Positions 35,862 through 48,472 of a DNA stretch of 64,000 nt are shown here, piece after piece. The stretch's first letter is position 1, and every line of letters begins with the position of its first letter. The stretch lies in the NCBI GenBank assembly GCA_977018835.1, contig OZ361258.1, positions 4,526,001 to 4,590,000 on the forward strand. Reading direction: 5' to 3'. Both the position numbers and the translations under genes were made by a program. The stretch is from Minutocellus sp. GHC0000111. Taxonomy: Eukaryota. A model generated the notes under the pieces. The model made no database searches. It had not been told where the DNA came from and saw only the letters and a program-made list of their open reading frames with translations.

Positions 35862-38800
35862 TCACTCTACTATCGACCGCTTTACACTTGTCACCCAACC
35901 TGGAAGACTTTGTTGGGCACCTTGTCTATTGTTGCCTCTGCCTATGCCAGTGGCTGCATTGCTCTTATCACCTCCGTGACCAGCGTAGTACTCGTGCAGT
36001 TCTTCGATAGATAGTGCAGATTCGAGGTTGTCTCTGTATTGTTCCATCGAGTGAGCTGACATATTCGTGCGGACCTTGGAGAATCTAAACATGGTCTCAA
36101 CAACAGTTGGTCCGACGAGAATGTTTCCTGTGCATCCCTCATCTAACGCAACCTCCAAACCGGCATGTTTGTACATGGAGAACCCACCACCAATGGTAGC
36201 AACCGGCAGGCCGGTGACTGGATCGCCCTCATTGACAAGACGGAAGGTGTGAGGGACCCTCTGTTTGTATAATCGAGTAAATGCTCGATTGCCAACTCGA
36301 GGCTGCCCAAACGTATATACTGCAATGGGTGGCTGCAGTCTTGTCTTTCTTTTGCGTCGGCTGAAAGCTTCTCCGCTAAAAAGTGAATGAAGGAAGTCGC
36401 TCGAGTCTGATCTCTTCTTTCGTTGAAGATCGCTTGGATTCCCAAACGAATTTCTCCGTTTGAGACGAGGCGTATCATCGACAGATATCTGGCTAGACTC
36501 AGCACTTGCCGATTGGTAAGTCGGACGTAGAGAGTCATCGGTCAGGGTCATGCTCCTCTTTCGCCCAGTCTCCGTATCAGCTCCATCGGTGGGCAGGTGG
36601 GTTGGCAACGGAGAATCATTCAACCCTGATTCCTCCTCAGCATTGACAAGCTGCTCGATGATGATTTCACAATTGCACGCCAGGTCGAGGGCTAGCAGCT
36701 GGGCCAGACTTCCTCCGAGCGAGTGGCCAGTGATGTAGATCTTTGGGATTTGGAGGCTTGGCGTGAGGAACCCGCCTTGGTAATTTCGGCGTCGTTTTCT
36801 TGAGTTGCGCAGAGAGTTCTCCAGTTGACTCTGAAATGTGTTCAGCACTGACTCCAGTACTTGCTCGCGAATGTGCAGATACGCTTGTAGAAAACCTTCG
36901 TGGACCAGAGGAGTGGCCTGCCGCACAATCGGAGTTGCCTTGAGAAGATTGCCGGGAGTAAAGAAATGGGGTTCCAAACGCCGAGGCTTGACGAGGGTCA
37001 CCAATGGATGTGATTTCGTGCTGGTTCCAACCTCTCTCTGGGAATCGGTTGTTGAATTACTGCTGACTCGGACTTGATAGTCGGCTTTGCCATCGCGCCC
37101 TTCAATGTCTTCGGGGAGAGGCACCTGCTGCCAGTTCAGATCGGTCTTCATGTTTTTCTTCGAAGCGGTACCGCGGAAGGCAACTACGATAACGCTTCCC
37201 TCCTCGCCGTCAACCTGGGGCTTCACATTGCTGCATATGTATGCCTTTGTGTCTGATCGATCGTCGGAAATCGCCGCATCAAGCTTTAACCCAACGCTAT
37301 CAAGAGACATTCTTCCCGGTGCCCAATCATCCGTTTTGAACTGATCGTGCGAATAATAGGCTTGCCAAGCAGCTTCCAAGAGCCAGCACGCCGTCTCGAG
37401 ACAAAAGACAGGCATATATTTACCCTTGTAGATGATTCCTCTCCGAAATGATGCTTCTCTCGGCCTTCCGTCGACATCAAGCTCAAAGGCATCAGGAGGG
37501 AGGACTTTAGAGGGGACTGGCTGATGATGAAGGACCGACTTCCGTTCAATGGGTAAGGGAAATACGCGCCACGAATGTGTGTATTTGGCCAGGGTAACTA
37601 CCTGACGCTTGTCACTCTTTTGCAGCTCTTTATCAATTCCTTTGGCGCTTCTGTGCACCGGCGAGGTCTCTGATTCGATTGAGTCACTGCCCGGAGACGC
37701 TGGCAAGAATATGAATGCCGCCACAAGAGAACAAACAGTCACGTAGAGAATTTTTCCAGGACCAATCGACGCAGCCGTACCACTGTAGGGAAATCTCGAC
37801 GTCGCGTGAACAACGACACTGACAAGAACTTCAAGTGGCGAGACCTGCGAATCGTACCCAAGGTAAAAGCCTGACGAAGTGTGATGAATGATGTCGCTTT
37901 CATTCATTTGGCGGTGCGAATGGCGATCGATGCCGAGCCACTTGGCTAAAGTAATGAGGAGCTCCAAGAGAAATGGGACGAGAAGGGCCATGAATCCAAG
38001 AAATAATATCCCTGTCAAAACTCGATAGGCAAGCTGAGTAGGTCTGGTAGAGAGAAATGGTTCCTTCTTGAGTCTTCGCCCAGTGTTGATGGTATTCCAT
38101 AAAATCAATAAACCCCACATGAGCAACACCGTCACCTGGCCAAAGGAACTAACGACGTAGATCGTTTTGTATATAGCCAAAGCGTCGCGATTCAATGTTG
38201 CAGTGTTGGCATTGATAAATTGCCGCGTCTGGTGCCCAATGGCGATCTTCCCCGGGAATCGTGACATTGCACTAAGGACTACACACACTATACCAATGGA
38301 GAGAAGAACTAACTTGGGAAGCAAGAAGTCTGCCCATTGGCTACCACATGGATCGTGCCTCAATCTGGAGTGCAGGGCCCCGGCGAAGGCAGCACCATCT
38401 GTATCCCCGTATCGCTCATAAAACTCAGCAGTGTAAGATGACGCTGGCATGTCGCTGCCATAGTATGGGTGGCCTTCGCGGGCGAGATGATTCGAAGTCT
38501 TTGAAAGGTCTAGGACCTGTCGTTGCTGTTTTGCTCTCTTCCGATTGAAAGACGCAGTGTGATACCGAAGGCCTTGCATCAAAGAGGCAGTCATCATAAG
38601 AATCGTGTGAACTCCAATGCCGATCTGTCATAGAGAAAGGTACGAAAAGAAAGTTAGAATTGCGGAATGTGTTTTGACATGCATAAGATGAGTTGGTAAT
38701 AGGGGAAGATCCATCACCCGTGCTCAACCTCCATAACTTACCAGGCAATCAGCGGCCACGTGCATTTGAGCGCTACTGAAGAGCTTTGGCTTGTAAAAGG

Positions 38801-40934
38801 CAACAGCCAGGAGTGGGTTCTGGACCATGAGAAGGCAAATGAGAACAATTAGGAGGTAACGCCGCTCGGGCATCACAATCCATGGCGACTCCCACCAATT
38901 CAAATTGCTTCGTTTCTTCTTTTTCGTCACAAGGCCATCTTCTACTTTCCGTTCCCATCGCTCGCACGAGGAGGAGCCAACGCAACAATCTGACTCGTTA
39001 TCAGAATCCTCTTGATCGTCATGAAAGAGCTCGTTCCCTCGGTTGCAACAAAACCCAGTAAATCCGATCTTTGTTATCCAATAGACCAAGAAGCAAAAGC
39101 TTATTGTCAACGATATTAGTCGAACGATAACAATAGTTTCCGCGTATGCAGGACGCTGGTGCCTTAGGATGTATGCACTGGCGTGAGAAAGCTCTTTCAG
39201 GATGCCGCTCGGATCGCTTGTATCCGCGCCAGATAAAATGTCATCAGCGGTGAGACTTGCCATGTCGTCTGCTTTGCTCAGCCGCCGATTCCAGCTATCG
39301 TAGGGTCGCAAGGGGTAATACGAAAAGATTGTATCTACTCGAATATCGCCGCCAGTCAGAACTGCTGTCGCAGGCAGTGAGAAAAGGACATCGACTGTTT
39401 GTGGTGCAGTGCAGTTCCAGTTGGTCTCCTTTGCGTAGTACTTGCAAACCATATCTAGTCGCTTTGGTTCTGATATTGATACTGGAAACCATTGCTCGCC
39501 CTTTTCGTGGACTTCTTGCTTCAAGTTACGCTCACTGCTCGCGTAGTCATCAATGTCGTCAATACGACGTTGAAAGACAGCCGTGGACGTGAGAACAGAG
39601 CCCTTTGTCACCAATGAAACGGCGTCGCTTGATAGTCCAGTAAATTTGTCTCCATACAAAGCACTAGACATAGCTGGAACGTTCTTGATGGGGCCAGAAG
39701 TAATTGCCTCACCTGAAGACATATAATATTCGTACCTTCGATCGACAACCTCATTTCTAGCGTTCACATAGGAGAGCAACCCCGCCCCTTCCTGTATGCG
39801 ATACGGGTACGAGCATGACGACGATGGCATGGGCACCAGTGGAAATATTTCTGTTTGGTTTGTCGTGCCAGAACATGGCATTGCCCCGCTCCGAGGGTCG
39901 AGTGTCACGTCTTGCAAAATGGAGGTGCTATCAAGAGCAAGAGCGATGAGGAACGATATATACGGCAGCAATAGCACAAGCCACGAGGAAGCCGTTCCCA
40001 GCTCCTCCAGCAGTATGACCTTGGTCCAGGGAGTTCCTGGCGAGTGATAATCCAGGGTGAATTCGCTATCAGCAGCATGTGAACCGCCAATGTCCTCTAA
40101 AACAATCTTTTGTGATCTACCGCCGAGGACGGCAGATACTTGTACAGATCGTCTCTTTTTACGCTTGGAACTCCGACGACTCATTGGTGTTTGCATGGTG
40201 TTGAATTGTTGGCTGCTGCTATTCCGCATTGGTGTTCGAGCCGGCGTAGTCGGATGGAACTGAACAGAAAGGTTGGGGGGCGGATCTTGGCTCGTCTTAT
40301 GATAAGCCTCGTGATCTATGTCCCCGTCTGATCCATCTCCCCCTCTGCTTTTGGACCTTGCCGATTTGAACGATGCATCATCACCACTGCTGTCAACTTG
40401 CGAGAAAATTCCTGGACGACCACTGGAATCCACCTTGGATGGTGTCGGACTAAAGGTGTCGATAATCTTACTCCACCAGCTCCCACCTGATGGTGCCGGC
40501 GACAGCAAACCCCTGGAATCGTCCTCCTCACTCTCGTCTTCGTCGTCATGGTCGCCATCGTTGTACGAAGCTGGCGAGACAACGCCGTAGAGCAAGGCGG
40601 CCTCTAGTGGCGATATATAATCGTCCTTTGCGCTACCATGAGAAGCGGTGTTGGTGATGCCCGGGTTGGTGTCTTGGTGTTGTCCCGACAGCAGGCTGTG
40701 GAGCTGGTCATTGAACACACCCGGCGGGGCGGGAGTTATTTTCGTTTCCTGCTCACGACGAAATCCTCCAATCTCCTCATCGTCATTATCCACGAGACAG
40801 TCCTCAAAGTATGCGCTGCTGTTTCCCGAGGAAGCCGATGCCCTGACTTCAAGGCAAGGCGAATCGCGCCCGTTCTCCTCATCGTCACTGTCAGATGAGG
40901 TCGTTGGTGATTCAAATGGGTTGGTGGTTGCCAT
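35862..40934 (-). CDS. Multi-pass membrane protein with a C-terminal class 3 lipase domain
   Basis: Two ORFs are joined in frame by GT-AG intron 38625-38741. Motifs VVAFRGT, VHEGF, ITGHSLGG, YTFGQPRVGN, NEGDPV and HSMEQY. Confidence 0.85.
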
Positions 40935-41241
40935 GTTTTTGCTGTTAAGGTTGGAGCCGGCGGGGTCAGCGCAGAGCCAATAAAAGGCAATGATACAAAC
41001 GCAGATGGAACCGATATAACAGTGTGTTGGTTATTCTCTCTACTACGTAGTAGCTAGCTAGCACCACGAGCGGGATTGACAAGGGCTGAGAGCACAACGG
41101 TATCTCGCCATCGTTGCACGTGATGTGCTCGTTTCGGCGCGATTTGAATTCTCGGCCAAATAAAATGTCTGTCCGTCTACCCGTCAACCTGACATCTTGC
41201 TCTCTGATGTCAGTCTCATTTCTCAAAGCAACCAAACCAAA

Positions 41242-42276
41242 ATGATCATCCGAACCCACCGACGAATTGTAGCCCTCGTCCTCCTTCCCATTATTGTGCA
41301 GACATTTGTCGTTCATAATGGAAGAGAGGGTTGCATGGGCCCTATCGCAACGCATGATGCATCGCTCTCTACTGGTATGCCAACTATAAGCAAAAGCACA
41401 TCTTTGTTCGTGGGAGTGTCAGCAGATCCACAGTTCTCGTCTGGATACCACGACGAATCCAACCAATCCTGCGATCAAGATGCACGCGCAGCTAAAGCAT
41501 TAGAAGAGCTAGATGAATCGCTGGCAAATATGAAGCCGAAAAAGATCAGAGCTTGGTTGGAAGCGCAGCGGAATTGCCCTGGGCTGACAAACGATGATGC
41601 GAAGCTCCTATTTCTACAAAGCGAAGAATTCGACGTGCCACGAGCAGCGAAGAAGTTGGCCGATTATTGGACCAAGCGTGTGGAGTTATTTGGTGATAAA
41701 GCATTCCTGCCCGTGACGTTGGATGGTGCTCTGAGAGATGACTGGGACGCCCTAAAGCTTGGTATCTGGCGTCTTGCCGGATATGATGCATCTGGCAGAA
41801 CCATTGTATTTGCAGATCCCTCACTACACGACACCAATGTGTGCAGTATTGATGCTGTCGCGAGAGCCAACTGGTATGTCATTCACGCGGTTCTGGAAGA
41901 TGAGCTGACTAGACGAGACGGCTTGGTTTTTGTAAACTACCCAGCTCGACTTCGATTCTCGCAACTTTCGCCGCAACTTGCTAAATTGAGCTTGGGTTCT
42001 GAACTCTTGCCTGTGAGAATTCGAGGCTTTCATATCGTGAACCCACCCAAGCTGTTTACAAAGATCGTGTTCCCGATCATCAAGGCGGCTGCAAAGCTAG
42101 TTCGTCAACAGTTCCATGACATGCTGGCCGTCCACAGTGGTTCTGCCGAGGAAGTTATCGATGAGTTGGAAAAAGCAGGAATTCCAAGATCGGCACTGCC
42201 AACTGACATGCCTGGAGGGACGCTCAGCACAGATCACGCTGCATGGTTGGAAGAGAGGAGAGCAATGGGACGTTGA
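41242..42276 (+). CDS. CRAL-TRIO domain protein with a hydrophobic N-terminus
   Basis: FLQSEEFDV..AAKKL..YW.KR.ELFG, PVRIRGFHIVNPP and LPTDMPGG. Confidence 0.8.
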   Translation: MIIRTHRRIVALVLLPIIVQTFVVHNGREGCMGPIATHDASLSTGMPTISKSTSLFVGVSADPQFSSGYHDESNQSCDQDARAAKALEELDESLANMKPKKIRAWLEAQRNCPGLTNDDAKLLFLQSEEFDVPRAAKKLADYWTKRVELFGDKAFLPVTLDGALRDDWDALKLGIWRLAGYDASGRTIVFADPSLHDTNVCSIDAVARANWYVIHAVLEDELTRRDGLVFVNYPARLRFSQLSPQLAKLSLGSELLPVRIRGFHIVNPPKLFTKIVFPIIKAAAKLVRQQFHDMLAVHSGSAEEVIDELEKAGIPRSALPTDMPGGTLSTDHAAWLEERRAMGR

Positions 42277-42506
42277 GAATTGATAAGCATGTACCGGTAT
42301 GTAAACGAAATTCAAAGCAAGTACAGTCCGTGTGCTCATTCATCATAAAAAATTGGGTTGGCCAATTTTTGATAAACAGAAGAAAAAGGAAAAGCGGAAA
42401 AGGGATTTACTACGTACGAGCAGACGTACGTAGAGACGAATGACGCACGATGCCGATGCCACGGCCACCACCTCATTTCTCCTCCATTTGTATTGTAGCC
42501 GTCAAG

Positions 42507-43443
42507 ATGAAGACCGTCTTCGTCCTCGTTGCCGCCCTCGCCGCCTCGGCCGATGCCTTCGCCCCGGCTTCGTCCTCCTCCTTCGTCGGTCGCTCCCAGA
42601 GCTTCGCCGCCAATGACTCGGCCCTCAACGTGGCCATGGAGCGCACCTACATCATGGTGCGTCAGTGATGATTGTTCTTTGGCACATTTTGTGCAACACA
42701 GTCGGCAATGGGTTGGTATTGACAATGATGAAAAGATTGGAAGCTTGAATGAACATTGCGGACTACAATGCCTGAGGAAGGGTGTGTGAAGAAGTCGCTC
42801 CTTGGTGGATCTTGATTGGTGGCAGTTTTGGCAATTCATTCATTTGCTTGCATTTACAATTGAACCCAACGAATCTTTTGCCAACATGATAGCACCATTG
42901 ATGTACAGAGATGATCGCGCATGCCTACCATACAGAAGTAAGAAGCACACATTTACTTCCTTCATGATCACACGTTCTAACACTTCATCCAATTCTACCC
43001 TCAATACGCAACAGATCAAGCCCGATGGTGTTCAGCGTGGTATTGTTGGCGATATCGTCTCCCGATTCGAGACAAAGGGATACAAGCTCGCCGCCATGAA
43101 GACTCGCATGGCCAGCAAGGAGCTTCTCGAGACTCACTACTGCGACCTCGTGGACAAGCCCTTCTTCCCCAAGCTTCGCGATTACATGCTCAGCGGACCC
43201 GTCGTTTCCATGGTTTGGGAGGGCAAGGAGGCCGTTTCCACCGGACGTAAGATGCTCGGTGCTACCAACCCCTTGGAGTCTGCCCCCGGCACCATCCGCG
43301 GTGATTTCTGCATTGAGGTCGGTCGCAACATCTGCCACGGGTCTGACTCTGTTGAGAATGCCGAGAAGGAGATCGCCCTTTGGTTTGAGGAGGGTGAGGT
43401 CCTCGACTGGGAGTCCCATTCCAAGGACTGGATTTACGAGTAA
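42507..43443 (+). CDS. NDK: Plastid-targeted nucleoside diphosphate kinase
   Basis: Exon 1 (42507-42656) has a signal peptide plus ADA|FAP motif and ends ERTYIM. Intron 42657-43014. Exon 2 reads IKPDGVQRG...PGTIRGDF...GRNICHGSD. Confidence 0.97.
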
Positions 43444-43519
43444 ATTCTTTGTTCGGTGTAGGTAATAAAGAATTATTTGTAATGAACAATTGCAGCACTT
43501 ATCTGTAAAAATATGTATA

Positions 43520-44269
43520 TGTTAGTCCCAAAATGCGCACTGTCCCAGTTCGCGAACTGGGATCCCAGTTTGCGAACTAGGATTTATTTATCCCAGTTTG
43601 GAAACTGGGATCATAGGCACAATCTCAGTTTGCAAACTGGGATCAATCGAGAAATAATGAATATTTAGCATGGATGATATCGCCTTTGCTTCTCCTCGCT
43701 TCATTTTTTCATAGTGAAGCAACACAGCCCAAACCTGGTCCAGACGTCCAGACGACATTAGTGCCGGAGCTGATACTCAATAAATTGGCATTAGCTGATA
43801 CTAAATACATATAGTGAATAAATAATAATATCTAGCTAGCTGCTTCTGGCAAATATAAGTCATGAACTGTACATGCATCTGTGCTATGCCGGCATCATGT
43901 TGCTACTGTACCAGTACATGTAGCTTGCAAATTCAAGATATGATGCACAGTGCAACTTGTATTGTAGATAGATCTACCAGTACATAATCATTGTGCATGA
44001 GCCAACACCGGCAGTTACCATTCTGACACTTGCCGAGAATGCCAGTTTCCAAACTGGTATTCATTTTTGTTCCAGTTCGCGAACTCGTCTGGTTCCCAAA
44101 TTCGGATTGGCGTGTTTATCTCAGTTTCCATTCTGGTAGTATCAGTGCGCAAACTGAGATCCTAGTTTGGGAACTGGGGCCCAGTGCGCAAACTGGGATA
44201 AATGAATCTCAGTTCGCAAACTGGGATCCCAGTTCGCGAACTGGGACAGTGCGCATTTTGGGACTAACA
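43520..44269. mobile_element. 750-bp non-autonomous TIR element (MITE)
   Basis: ~95-bp TIRs beginning TGTTAGTCCCAAAATGCGCACTGTCCCAGTTCGCGAACTGGG. TATA on both flanks (43516-43519, 44270-44273). Repeated CCCAGTT..AACTGGG palindromes. Confidence 0.9.
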
Positions 44270-44407
44270 TATATAATCATTAAGTAGATCTAGATGGATC
44301 CATCCCGATCGTACTTGTTTGCTGACAGCCAGCAAATCGAAAGTAGTAAAAAAATGTCTCCATCAAAGCAAAAGCATGCTGACAATGCTGTGATGCGCTC
44401 GCATTCA

Positions 44408-44788
44408 TCAAAACGTAACGAGCTTGTACTCCTCCTTCATTTTCTTGAGGCCCCGAAAAGCGACAGGTGTTGCAACCGTCACCAACTCTGGTTCGTATAT
44501 CTTAACAAAAACCCAAGGCCACTTATCGAGGCCGGTAATTTTGCACTTGATATAATACATTGTGCCGCCATTGTCTTGGATGCCTGATTTTACATCTCGC
44601 TTGATCATTTGTGTTGCTTTCAGTTCGATTTTATGTGCAGGTGGCATGGGCCCGTCACATAAATTGAATTGTATTGGTTTGCGAACCAATAAGACAAGGT
44701 CTTGGGCGTGCTCTGACGCATCCATCGTTTTGGAGGGAGGGCCGAGCGCTGCCTCCTCCCGTTCGTGTTGACTTGGGACACATCCCAT
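44408..44788 (-). CDS. Stefin/cystatin-like small protein with an MGC N-terminus
   Basis: 126 aa. GPPSKTMDASEHAQDLVLLVR..GTMYYIK..VFVKIYEP..KLVTF parallels the type-1 cystatin pattern. Confidence 0.6.
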   Translation of the reverse strand: MGCVPSQHEREEAALGPPSKTMDASEHAQDLVLLVRKPIQFNLCDGPMPPAHKIELKATQMIKRDVKSGIQDNGGTMYYIKCKITGLDKWPWVFVKIYEPELVTVATPVAFRGLKKMKEEYKLVTF

Positions 44789-45056
44789 GGCGAAATCTTC
44801 TCGGAAGGTCGAAACTCTAGTATTTATCTGGAAGAGCTGGACTTTATCGATTAATTTGATCTGTAGGCTGGCTTCTGGTGCGTGGTTGCTTGTGATTGTA
44901 GGAATTCCTAGCCCCCGCTGCGTCATTCGATCGAGAAAGCGTTGGAAAAGGGCCGAATGCAAAAATGAATGGGAAACCCGGAGGCGGCTGCCCAACCAAG
45001 CAAAACCCCTCTTTTCGATTGCCCAGACTTCACATGCCCACACATGACGCAGAGAA

Positions 45057-45907
45057 TGCACTCCATCGGTGGAAGTTATATTTCTATCGCCGCATGGGCA
45101 CTCGGCTCACAGCATCATGAAGCTGTGCCAAATGCTAATGCCAAAATCTGCCCCGCGCATGGTCTCACATCATTGCCATTGGCCGTTCGCCCTCGCCGCC
45201 GTCAGCGGCGAGCCATAACGGCACTTTACGGATCAGAAGTGGACGTATCTGAAGACGACGAACTGTTCTTGGAGAGATTCCGTCGACGTCGGCAGATATC
45301 AAAGTACCGTGCCACGGCCCGAAGCCAGCTGCTCCCACCCTCGCCACAATTTACAGAGATTGAGTTTGTTCGGGCAGTTCTAGAAGCATTGAGAAATGAT
45401 GAAAACGTCTACAATACTTTAGAGGATTCGGACAAAGCTGAGCATGTACCGGTATCATTGGACTCGAGTGCATATGTTTTGTTGCGTTCCTCTACCGCGG
45501 AATGGTTTGATATCATCCGACGGTTTGTAGGCGTCGTGCCGTACAGTTGTACAGACATGGGCGATGATGAATACGTGCACGAGGTGGCATCTGCGGTAGC
45601 ATCATCTTTTGCGAGGTCCAACAATCAGTTTCATGTTCTTACGGGGAAAAAGCCAGCACCAAAGTATGTTGCCACCTTCCCTACTGATCCGGTTGAAGAG
45701 GATGAAAACACATCGTGGTTGGAATGTCGAATGCGAGATGCGACGACAGATGAGCTTCTAGTCGTTTCTGGCTGGGATCTCAAAAGAAGAGAAAGCGACG
45801 GCGCATGGTTAATCGATGGGTTGGATTGGCAAGATTTTCGAGATGGCTTTAGGCCGGGTATATTGGACGAGAAGAGTGGGAACGAATTTGTGGTTGAGAG
45901 AGGCTAA
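45057..45907 (+). CDS. Uncharacterised protein, possibly with a targeting presequence
   Basis: Long ORF with a C-terminal WLECRMR..DGAWLIDGLDWQDFRDGFRPG. A likely 2-bp slip at ~45860 would give the end GREEWERICG. Confidence 0.55.
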
Positions 45908-46136
45908 GAGGAGGAGATATGGAGATCGATGAAGTCACTTAGGTAACCAAATTAACAGACTTTGGACTAATTCAATTTATATTATCGTATTGCAAAGAGT
46001 GAACGTTCTAATTTTACGTGGACTATACACATCATCTGATAAAACAAACATGTTTAAAATTATATCATATTGTTACATTGTCTTTCTAATGCGTTGGTTC
46101 TTTTCAATGATTCTAAAAAATTGTCGTGTACGTTCA

Positions 46137-46900
46137 CTAAGAGACATTCTTCTGTGCGGCCTTCTTGATGTAGCATATGCTGGTGGTCGGTCCTGCCTTG
46201 ACCTTGGTCGCATTGAGTTCCTTGGTAAAGATGGTGCACCTCTTGGCGGCCGGCTTCTTTCTGTCGTACTGATAGGCATAGCAGTACCGTTTGCCGGATG
46301 AGTTCATCTTGCTGCACATTTGCTTGCACTTTCGGACATTGCGGCCGCGACGGTTGGGCTTGCCGACACCATCGCACGACTTCTTCCGCTTTACCTGATA
46401 CTGGACGCGTTTCTTGACTGCCGGTGCCGGGGCTGGCCCACCGGCACCAGCGTTCGTGGCGTCTCCGTCCTTGACAATGACCTCCAGCTTGAGCGGCCAT
46501 TCGTCGACGGCACATGCGTTTCCCAGCATCCCTTTTTTGGAGCTGAAGTACCGCACCTTCTCCGATCCGGTGGGCGATGCCACCGCCTTGCCGCTGGCAT
46601 CGGCCACGATCTGCTTGGCCCGAGAAAAGTCGCAGGATTTGTAGGCCTCCCCGTCGTCGAATTCCCAAACGTCGGCCTTCCCATCGATGGCAAAGGCAAT
46701 CTCGTCGGTTGGTTTGATGTTGAGGGGATTTTGACGTATGCCACGCCACAGCACCTCCACGGATGATCCACTCGTTGTGCCGATGCCGTCGTCGCCTGCA
46801 GCGCCGCCAGGGCAATCAGCGAGGCCGCTGCTGACACGCGCCGTCTTCTCCGGTGGTGAGGCATCCTTCGTGCAATTGAGTCGGTCATGGTGGAGAACAC
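46137..46900 (-). CDS. Secreted phytocyanin/cupredoxin-like + PAN/Apple-like protein
   Basis: Signal-like SLIALAALQATTASA, frameshift at ~46765, then DVWEF..AYKSCDFS..RYFSS..C..KLEVIV and CKQMC..CYAYQY..CTIF..CYIK. Confidence 0.6.
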
Positions 46901-47087
46901 TGTGGTCGTACTATAAATTTATGAAGTGGGCATAATAAGGCATGCATGAGGCCAATGATTGCTGCTGCGCTGAGGAAGAGACATTTTCAATTTCGCCCAG
47001 AGGCATAATAGTATGTGACGGAAAGACTCTACAAAGAGAGTGTAATGCCTGAAGCAGTCCGTCCGTCCATCACCAACCCTTTTGACT

Positions 47088-47730
47088 GCTTTTTGCGTCA
47101 TTTCCGAAGAAGATCGCCGAGTATCGAACGCATGTAGTGTTGAAACGGCCAAGAGGACATCGATCCAGTTGAAGGTGCTTGTCCCAAAGATAAGCTTTCT
47201 ACCCATCTCTCCGCTTGATCATGAAATTCCTTGCGTGGCTGCCAGCCTTCTCCCTGGCGCCGATCGTTTCCGGCGCATCACGTGGTGGCTTGGTGCCGTC
47301 TTCTCCTCGCCGGCGTTCGTCGCTTGCATTCCTCGGGCCACCGTCGCATTCGAGATCGATCCTGAAATCTGATAGACATACTTGTACTGACAAATTTTCT
47401 TCTGCCACAGAAATCAGTGCTCAACAAGGCGGTGGTAATGATAGGGGCTCGAATGATGGAGACCTTCCACCAGAATTTATTCAAAACCTCCTTCAAGCAA
47501 TGATGCAAAACGGTGGTGCCGACGGTGTCATCTCCGTCGACATTGACGAAAATGGCAATGTAAACGTCGGTGGTGGTGGCGGTGGGGGGTTTGCAGGAGA
47601 CACGCCCACAGAAGAAGATTCCGCTCTCGCTGAAAATAGTTTGGCATCCCTGCGGTCATTCGATCTCAAGCCTCGAGAGGTGGTCGAATATCTCGACAGG
47701 TATGTAATTCAACAGCGTGATGCCAAGCGA
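47088..47730 (+). pseudogene. Truncated duplicate of the promoter and 5' coding region of the ClpX-like gene
   Basis: Near-identical to 50143-50786. Similarity ends abruptly after QQRDAKR. Confidence 0.9.
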
Positions 47731-48472
47731 ACATTGGCCGAAAACGTGCATGAGTCCGAAACCAATGGTACTTGATGGCGTGCCACTTCGTTCTCTTCTC
47801 TCTCAACAGATCCTGCGCGGCTTCTGCTGCGTCTGCTAGTACTAGGTACAGGGGATCTGCTGCGGCGCCTACCACGACTTGTTGCCCTTCCGGACATCGA
47901 AGCGGTAGCGTATCGTTCTTTGTGGTCGCCACGGTTCGAAGCTCATTCATTGAACCCATCTCCAACGAAATATTTGCTGGTTTTGGCGATGCTACTTTCA
48001 CGAGAGATAAATTACTATGGTCGTACCGATCTCCCGGACTTCTCTTAGTAGGCATCGAAGCCTGGCTCCTTGCGACGGGTGCTGTGGCTGTTTGTGCGTA
48101 TATTATGTAATGGCGGAAAGAGGGCAATCAAAAGTCAGGTGTGGTCTCATGATTTTTCAAGGACTGTGTGACTGCGCACTTTTAAAGCCGACGATGACGC
48201 AGCCGCCGCCGTTCTAATACACACATGTGAATGCCGACGTGTTTCCCACAGCAATCCGTCGAATCCCTGGATTGCTTACTAAAATGCATGCATGTTGGCG
48301 CTGGCACGGGGTTCACTCTTGTTCTTTTTTTCGTTCTTTTCGCAAGTAAGTGTGCTTTTAGGCATCGATGCTACTGTAGTTTTGTCGGTTTTGAAACACC
48401 CAAAACATCTGCATGTAAACTGGACAGTTTAGATAATATCCGTTATTAAATTAACATGGAATTTAAACCGCG

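Noticed and set aside
43520..44269. CRISPR-like array of palindromic repeats
   Set aside because: The repeats are inverted about the centre with irregular spacing, there are no cas genes, and the context is eukaryotic.
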